The notes beneath the pieces were generated by a model. The model had not been told where the DNA came from, did not search any database, and worked only from the letters and a program-made list of their open reading frames with translations. Shown here in pieces: positions 62,181 through 64,000 of a DNA stretch of 64,000 nt (position 1 is the stretch's first letter; every line of letters starts with the position of its first letter). Made by a program: the position numbers and the translations under genes. This DNA is from Chloroflexota bacterium. Its GTDB lineage: Bacteria > Chloroflexota > UBA11872 > VXOZ01. The stretch is taken from the NCBI GenBank assembly GCA_965216245.1, contig OZ244145.1, positions 2,572,097 to 2,636,096 on the forward strand. Direction: 5' to 3'.

Positions 62181-63518
62181 ATGATGGGCATTACGGCGCG
62201 ACAACGTGAAGACATGATGACGGTGCTGGCGACGGCCTTGAAAGCAGTAGACCCCGCGCAGGCGGTGCGCAACTGCGTGCGTCGAGAGGGCACGCGGTTA
62301 GAAGTTGGAGACCGCACGTACGACCTGGACTCTTATAGGCGCATACTCGTCGTGGGTGCGGGCAAAGCCAGCGGACCCATGGCGCAGGCGCTGGAAGAGA
62401 TTCTTGGCGACCGCCTCGAGGGCGGTGTGGTCAACGTCAAGGAGGGCTATGCTGTTGCCACGCAACGGATAGAGATGATTGAGGCAGCACACCCCGTGCC
62501 GGATCAGCATGGTTTGCGGGGCACCGAGCGCATTCTGCAGTTGGCGTCGGGGGCAGGTGAAGATGACCTCGTTTTTTGCTTGATTTCCGGCGGAGGTTCA
62601 GCGCTCATGGAGTTGCCGGCAGGGGAGATTACGCTGGACGATCTCCAGCAGCTTACCGACCTGCTCCTGCGCAGCGGCGCCACCATCAACGAGGTGAATA
62701 CGGTCCGCAAGCACATTTCCCAGGTCAAAGGCGGCGGGCTGGCGCGGGCGGCGGCGCCTGGCACACTGATCGCCCTCATCCTCTCCGACGTAGTTGGGAA
62801 CCCGCTCGACTTCATTGCATCGGGGCCTACCGTGCCCGATACGACCACCTTCCAGGACGCATGGGACCTCTTGGGGAAGTTCGGCCTGCAGGACGCCATT
62901 CCCCAGAGAGTGCGCGCGCAGCTTGAGCGCGGCCTAAGTGAATCCATCCCGGAAACTCCCAAAGAGGGCGACCCGATCTTTGCGCGCACGGCCGGTATTC
63001 TGGTCGGCAGCAATGAAATCGCGGCCCGCGCTGCACTGGACGCAGCAACGAAATTGGGGTATAATTCACTCTTGGTCACCACCTGGGTGGAAGGGGAGGC
63101 GCGGGAAGTTGCCAAGGTGATGGCTGGAGTCGCCAAGGGTCTGATTCGTCACCACTCACCACTCCCTCCACCGGCGTGTCTCATTTTCGGCGGCGAAACT
63201 ACGGTTACGGTGCGGGGTGAAGGCAAAGGCGGGCGTAATCAAGAGATGGCGCTTGCCGCATCACTCGCTCTCGATGGCTGGGAGGATGTCGCGGTGATGG
63301 CGGTAGGGACTGACGGCACCGACGGCCCAACCGACGCGGCCGGCGGTATAGCGGATGGCGCGGTACTCGCACAGGCGCGAGCGCTAGCCTTAGATCCGTT
63401 GACATTCCTCACCCACAACGACTCCTACCACTTCTTGCAGCAGACCAATGCCCTCCTGGTTACCGGGCCGACGAACACCAATGTGAATGACCTGATCCTC
63501 GTCTACGCCTTTGGCTAG
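62181..63518 (+). CDS. MOFRL-family glycerate kinase (glycerate 2-kinase/TtuD-like)
   Basis: Family segments VGAGKAS, ISGGGSAL and the GGETTV..G.GKGGRNQE C-terminal motif. Confidence 0.85.
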   Translation: MMGITARQREDMMTVLATALKAVDPAQAVRNCVRREGTRLEVGDRTYDLDSYRRILVVGAGKASGPMAQALEEILGDRLEGGVVNVKEGYAVATQRIEMIEAAHPVPDQHGLRGTERILQLASGAGEDDLVFCLISGGGSALMELPAGEITLDDLQQLTDLLLRSGATINEVNTVRKHISQVKGGGLARAAAPGTLIALILSDVVGNPLDFIASGPTVPDTTTFQDAWDLLGKFGLQDAIPQRVRAQLERGLSESIPETPKEGDPIFARTAGILVGSNEIAARAALDAATKLGYNSLLVTTWVEGEAREVAKVMAGVAKGLIRHHSPLPPPACLIFGGETTVTVRGEGKGGRNQEMALAASLALDGWEDVAVMAVGTDGTDGPTDAAGGIADGAVLAQARALALDPLTFLTHNDSYHFLQQTNALLVTGPTNTNVNDLILVYAFG

Positions 63519-63600
63519 GGCGATAGGATCGCTTCCTCGCTCGTTTTTCTTCCCAGATTTCCCTCCTCTATTCGTTCAGGCAATGGCAGGTAATCTCCGC

Positions 63601-64000
63601 ATGAAACTGCAAGAAGAATCTCTTCCCCCACTCGACACATCGCTCCTCCCTCGCGCTCCCGCACAACGCTGGCACTCAGTCGGCAGGCGCAGCGACTTGC
63701 GGCCGTTATCCCAAAGCCGCAGCCATCGGATGCTTTTGACCGTTTGTCTTGGGATCGCAATCCTCTTGGTCGGTGGCGGCGGTGCAATGTGGTTCTTAAG
63801 TCGAGATAACGCGTCCGGCGGTCGTGTACCTCTCGCTCAGGACGGCGAAATCGTCCGCATTACACCTGAAGCGCCTGCTTCTACCAGTCCCCCTTCTGCG
63901 AGCACGCCGGTAGTATCGACCACGCCCGAGTTTCATATCGTGCAACCGGGCGAGGTGCTGAGTACCATTGCAAGCAAGTATAATACGACTGTGGAAGTCC
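63601..64000 (+). CDS. 5'-partial CDS for a membrane-anchored LysM-domain protein. It continues beyond the window.
   Basis: TM helix (LLTVCLGIAILLVGGG). A LysM start (HIVQPGEVLSTIASKYNTT) lies at the window edge. Confidence 0.6.
   Translation, partial: MKLQEESLPPLDTSLLPRAPAQRWHSVGRRSDLRPLSQSRSHRMLLTVCLGIAILLVGGGGAMWFLSRDNASGGRVPLAQDGEIVRITPEAPASTSPPSASTPVVSTTPEFHIVQPGEVLSTIASKYNTTVEV

Overview
This is a high-GC (about 62-65%) bacterial chromosomal segment, gene-dense and mostly minus-strand. Housekeeping loci include leuCD, a panB-panC cluster with a putative DUF2520 ketopantoate reductase, argJ, argC, ilvE, uppP, class I FBP aldolase, a transaldolase-family protein, PduO-type adenosyltransferase and three enolase-superfamily dehydratases (two tandem RhamD-like paralogs). 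The window also carries one complete IS481-family insertion sequence and an unusually rich set of dispersed hairpin repeat families. Repeat family 1 has the core GCGGGGGACAAGCCCCCGC. Family 2 is GTCATTCC...GGAATC. Family 3 is CCGTTCGYCCTGAGCCTGTCGAAGG, whose translations read PFALSLSKGE or FDRLRANG, and it forms 58-bp and 125-bp tandem arrays inside operons. Smaller families are a GCAGGTTGCAAACCTGC palindrome and 22-bp GCACGA...TCGTGC palindromes. There are two stand-out accessory loci. (i) A tandemly duplicated family of membrane-anchored proteins with in-frame polyGly and PPDNN/PPQNNN tandem-repeat linkers and a shared uncharacterised ~220-aa C-terminal domain, followed by an orphan C-terminal-domain-only paralog (1270-6026). 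(ii) A 2.2-kb low-GC islet (13230-15470) with a translationally coupled ABC-type ATPase and a small TOPRIM-like (DUF4276/RloB-like) gene, a candidate split OLD/AbiL/PARIS-like anti-phage module. Several genes appear damaged or remodelled: an ABC-exporter deletion remnant, a frameshifted DUF1801 gene, a frameshifted uppP 3' end, an Fe-ADH whose last 8 codons come from a repeat element, and an argC 3' end duplicated by a hairpin-element insertion. Other notable calls are a FAAL-ACP-acyltransferase tri-domain protein and a Rieske-domain fusion protein. No tRNA, rRNA or CRISPR array was found by eye.
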